In this document: positions 47,778-49,724 of the stretch, in pieces
Layout of the letters: every line of letters begins with the position of its first letter
Numbering within the stretch: position 1 is the stretch's first letter
Translations under genes and position numbers: made by a program
Assembly: GCA_045601585.1 (NCBI GenBank)
Contig: JAZRZW010000060.1
Coordinates: 1-49,724, forward strand
Length of the DNA: 49,724 nt
Source of the DNA: Faecousia sp.
GTDB lineage: Bacteria > Bacillota > Clostridia > Oscillospirales > Oscillospiraceae
Direction of reading: 5' to 3'
The notes under the pieces: generated by a model
Database searches by the model: none
The model's input: only the letters and a program-made list of their open reading frames with translations
Told to the model about the DNA's origin: nothing

Positions 47778-48545
47778 TTAGGGCTTAACGTAAGATTCGC
47801 CGAAGTCGTTGAAGATCTTCTCAATGGTGCCATCGTCGATCTTCTTCTGCAGGATGGAGTTGATCTCCTTAACCAGGTCCTCAGAGCCGAAAGCAAAAGC
47901 GAATGCGTAGGGCTCGTCGGTGAGCTTCTCATCCAGAATCTTCAGGCCGTCGCCTTCTTCCACCATCTGAATGGCGGTCAGGTTATCTACGACCCATGCG
48001 TCTACCTTGCCGGTGGTCAGAGCTGCCTTAGCGTCTGCGTTTGCAGCAAATGCTTCCACAGCAATGCCGGAATCCTGGCAGCCGGACTCAGCGGTGGTGC
48101 CGGTCTGTACAGAAACGGTCTTGCCGGCCAGGTCTGCCTTGCCGGTGATGGCGCTGTCTTCTTTCACAACGATCACCTGAGCGGCGTTGTAGTAGGGGAT
48201 GGTGAACAGCATATTCTTCTCGCGCTTTGCGGTCACAGTGATGCCGGACATACCGCAGTCATACTTTGCAGACTGAACGCCAACCAGAACAGCGTCAAAG
48301 TCCATCTGCTGGATTTCCAGTTCAACGCCCAGCTCCTGGCAGACGATCTTCATGATCTCAACTTCGATGCCGACGACCTCGCCGCCTTCCAAGCTCTCAA
48401 AGGGAGCAAAGTCAGGACTGGTAGCAACCACCAGCTTGCCGGCCTTCTTCACCTGATCCAGGGACTTGCCCTTGGGCTTGCCGCAAGCGCACATCAGAGT
48501 CAGGCACATAGTCAGTGCAAGAATAAAAGCAATCAGTTTTTTCAT
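47778..48545 (-). CDS. Polar amino acid ABC substrate-binding lipoprotein (probably arginine)
   Basis: Lipobox, DFAPFE, SGITVT..R, VQTGTT; ATGA overlap with argH. Confidence 0.9.
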   Translation of the reverse strand: MKKLIAFILALTMCLTLMCACGKPKGKSLDQVKKAGKLVVATSPDFAPFESLEGGEVVGIEVEIMKIVCQELGVELEIQQMDFDAVLVGVQSAKYDCGMSGITVTAKREKNMLFTIPYYNAAQVIVVKEDSAITGKADLAGKTVSVQTGTTAESGCQDSGIAVEAFAANADAKAALTTGKVDAWVVDNLTAIQMVEEGDGLKILDEKLTDEPYAFAFAFGSEDLVKEINSILQKKIDDGTIEKIFNDFGESYVKP

Positions 48546-49723
48546 AGTAAATTACCTCTCAAATAAAATTTTTTAATGTATCCGATTTGGGCGTCGCAGG
48601 ATGCCAGGTTGGTGCCGCCGGCGGAAATGCGGGTTTCCACACAAGTTTTCAGGCTGATAGCATCGAATACATCCTGCTCAAACCCGGGTTCAAAGGATTG
48701 ATATGTTTCCAGAGGAAGTTCCTCCAAAACAGTGTTGTTGGCGATGCAGTAGGCAACGATCTGACCAACAGTTTTATAGGCGACCCGGAAGGGGATGCCT
48801 TTCTTGGACAGGTAGTCTGCAAGATCCGTGGCGTTGATGAAGCCTTTCTGAGCAGCCTGGAGCATATTGTCCGGAAGGGCCTTCATAGTGGCGATCATCG
48901 GGGGGAATACGGTCAGGCATTGCTTGAGGGTGTCGATGGCGTCGAAGATGGCTTCTTTGTCCTCCTGCATATCTTTGTTATACGCAAGGGGGATGCCTTT
49001 GAGTACCGTCAGCATGGACATCAGGTCGCCGTAGACACGGCCGGTCTTGCCTCGTACCAGCTCAGCAATGTCCGGGTTCTTTTTCTGGGGCATAATGCTG
49101 GAGCCGGTGGTGTAGGAGTCATCCAGTTCTACAAATTTGAATTCCCAGCTGCTCCAGAGGATCACCTCTTCCGAGAAGCGGGAAAGGTGCATCATCACGG
49201 TTGCAAAGGCGGCCAGAAGCTCCACACAGAAATCCCGGTCAGAGACACCGTCAATGCTGTTGAGGCAGATGCCGTCAAATCCCAAAGCTTGGGCGGTCAT
49301 CTCCCGGTCGGTGGCGTAGGTGGTGCCGGCCAAAGCGCAGCAGCCCAGAGGGCTGACATTCATACGCTTTACCGCATCCCGGATCCGATCCATATCCCGG
49401 GTGAACATCATGCCGTAAGCCAGCAGGTGATGGGCAAAAGTGATGGGTTGCGCCCGTTGCAGATGGGTGTAGCCGGGCATGATGGTCTGCTTGTGCTGCT
49501 TGGCCTGATGCAAAATGGCATCCAGCAGGGTTTTCAGCATGGCAGTGATCTGCGCGGCTTCTTCTTTTAAGTAAAGACGGATGTCCAATGCCACTTGGTC
49601 GTTTCGGCTGCGGGCGGTATGGAGCTTTTTACCCACATCACCGATCCGCTTTGTCAGCTCCGCTTCCACAAACATGTGGATATCTTCCGCAGTGAGGTCA
49701 ATTGGGAGTGTGCCGGCTTCGAT
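48542..49723 (-). CDS. argH: Argininosuccinate lyase (5' end outside window)
   Basis: EDIH, HTARSRNDQ, MPGYTHLQRAQP, GSSIMPQKKNPD; frame open to the window edge. Confidence 0.97.
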   Translation of the reverse strand: MEAGTLPIDLTAEDIHMFVEAELTKRIGDVGKKLHTARSRNDQVALDIRLYLKEEAAQITAMLKTLLDAILHQAKQHKQTIMPGYTHLQRAQPITFAHHLLAYGMMFTRDMDRIRDAVKRMNVSPLGCCALAGTTYATDREMTAQALGFDGICLNSIDGVSDRDFCVELLAAFATVMMHLSRFSEEVILWSSWEFKFVELDDSYTTGSSIMPQKKNPDIAELVRGKTGRVYGDLMSMLTVLKGIPLAYNKDMQEDKEAIFDAIDTLKQCLTVFPPMIATMKALPDNMLQAAQKGFINATDLADYLSKKGIPFRVAYKTVGQIVAYCIANNTVLEELPLETYQSFEPGFEQDVFDAISLKTCVETRISAGGTNLASCDAQIGYIKKFYLRGNLL

Positions 49724-49724
49724 A

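Overview
Chromosomal window from a spore-forming Clostridia-class bacterium (Oscillospiraceae-like by gene content; inference). It starts in the 3' end of a 5S rRNA followed by tRNA-Asn(GTT). A ~9.0 kb integrative element (95..9090) sits in that tRNA, bounded by an exact 47-bp direct repeat. The element encodes a tyrosine integrase, an Xis-like HTH protein, a DUF927/Cch-type AAA+ helicase and a DUF1643 protein. This resembles the staphylococcal SCC replication module, but paired with a tyrosine recombinase and a tRNA target, and no relaxase, T4SS or capsid gene is recognisable. Its ends carry 11-bp arm-like repeats and a degenerate ~140-bp subterminal inverted repeat built of TTCCC/GGGA motifs. 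The rest is core genome: a PdxR-ECF-DUF436 cluster, secA-pgeF, ribulokinase, M18 peptidase, spo0A, a dacF-like gene, a class I-type xylose isomerase homolog, murI, a sugar ABC operon, a Crp/Fnr-FeS locus, NCS2 permease, tRNA-Pro(TGG), further ABC systems and an argH-ABC-argF operon cut by the window edge. All family calls are by motif recognition; no searches were run.
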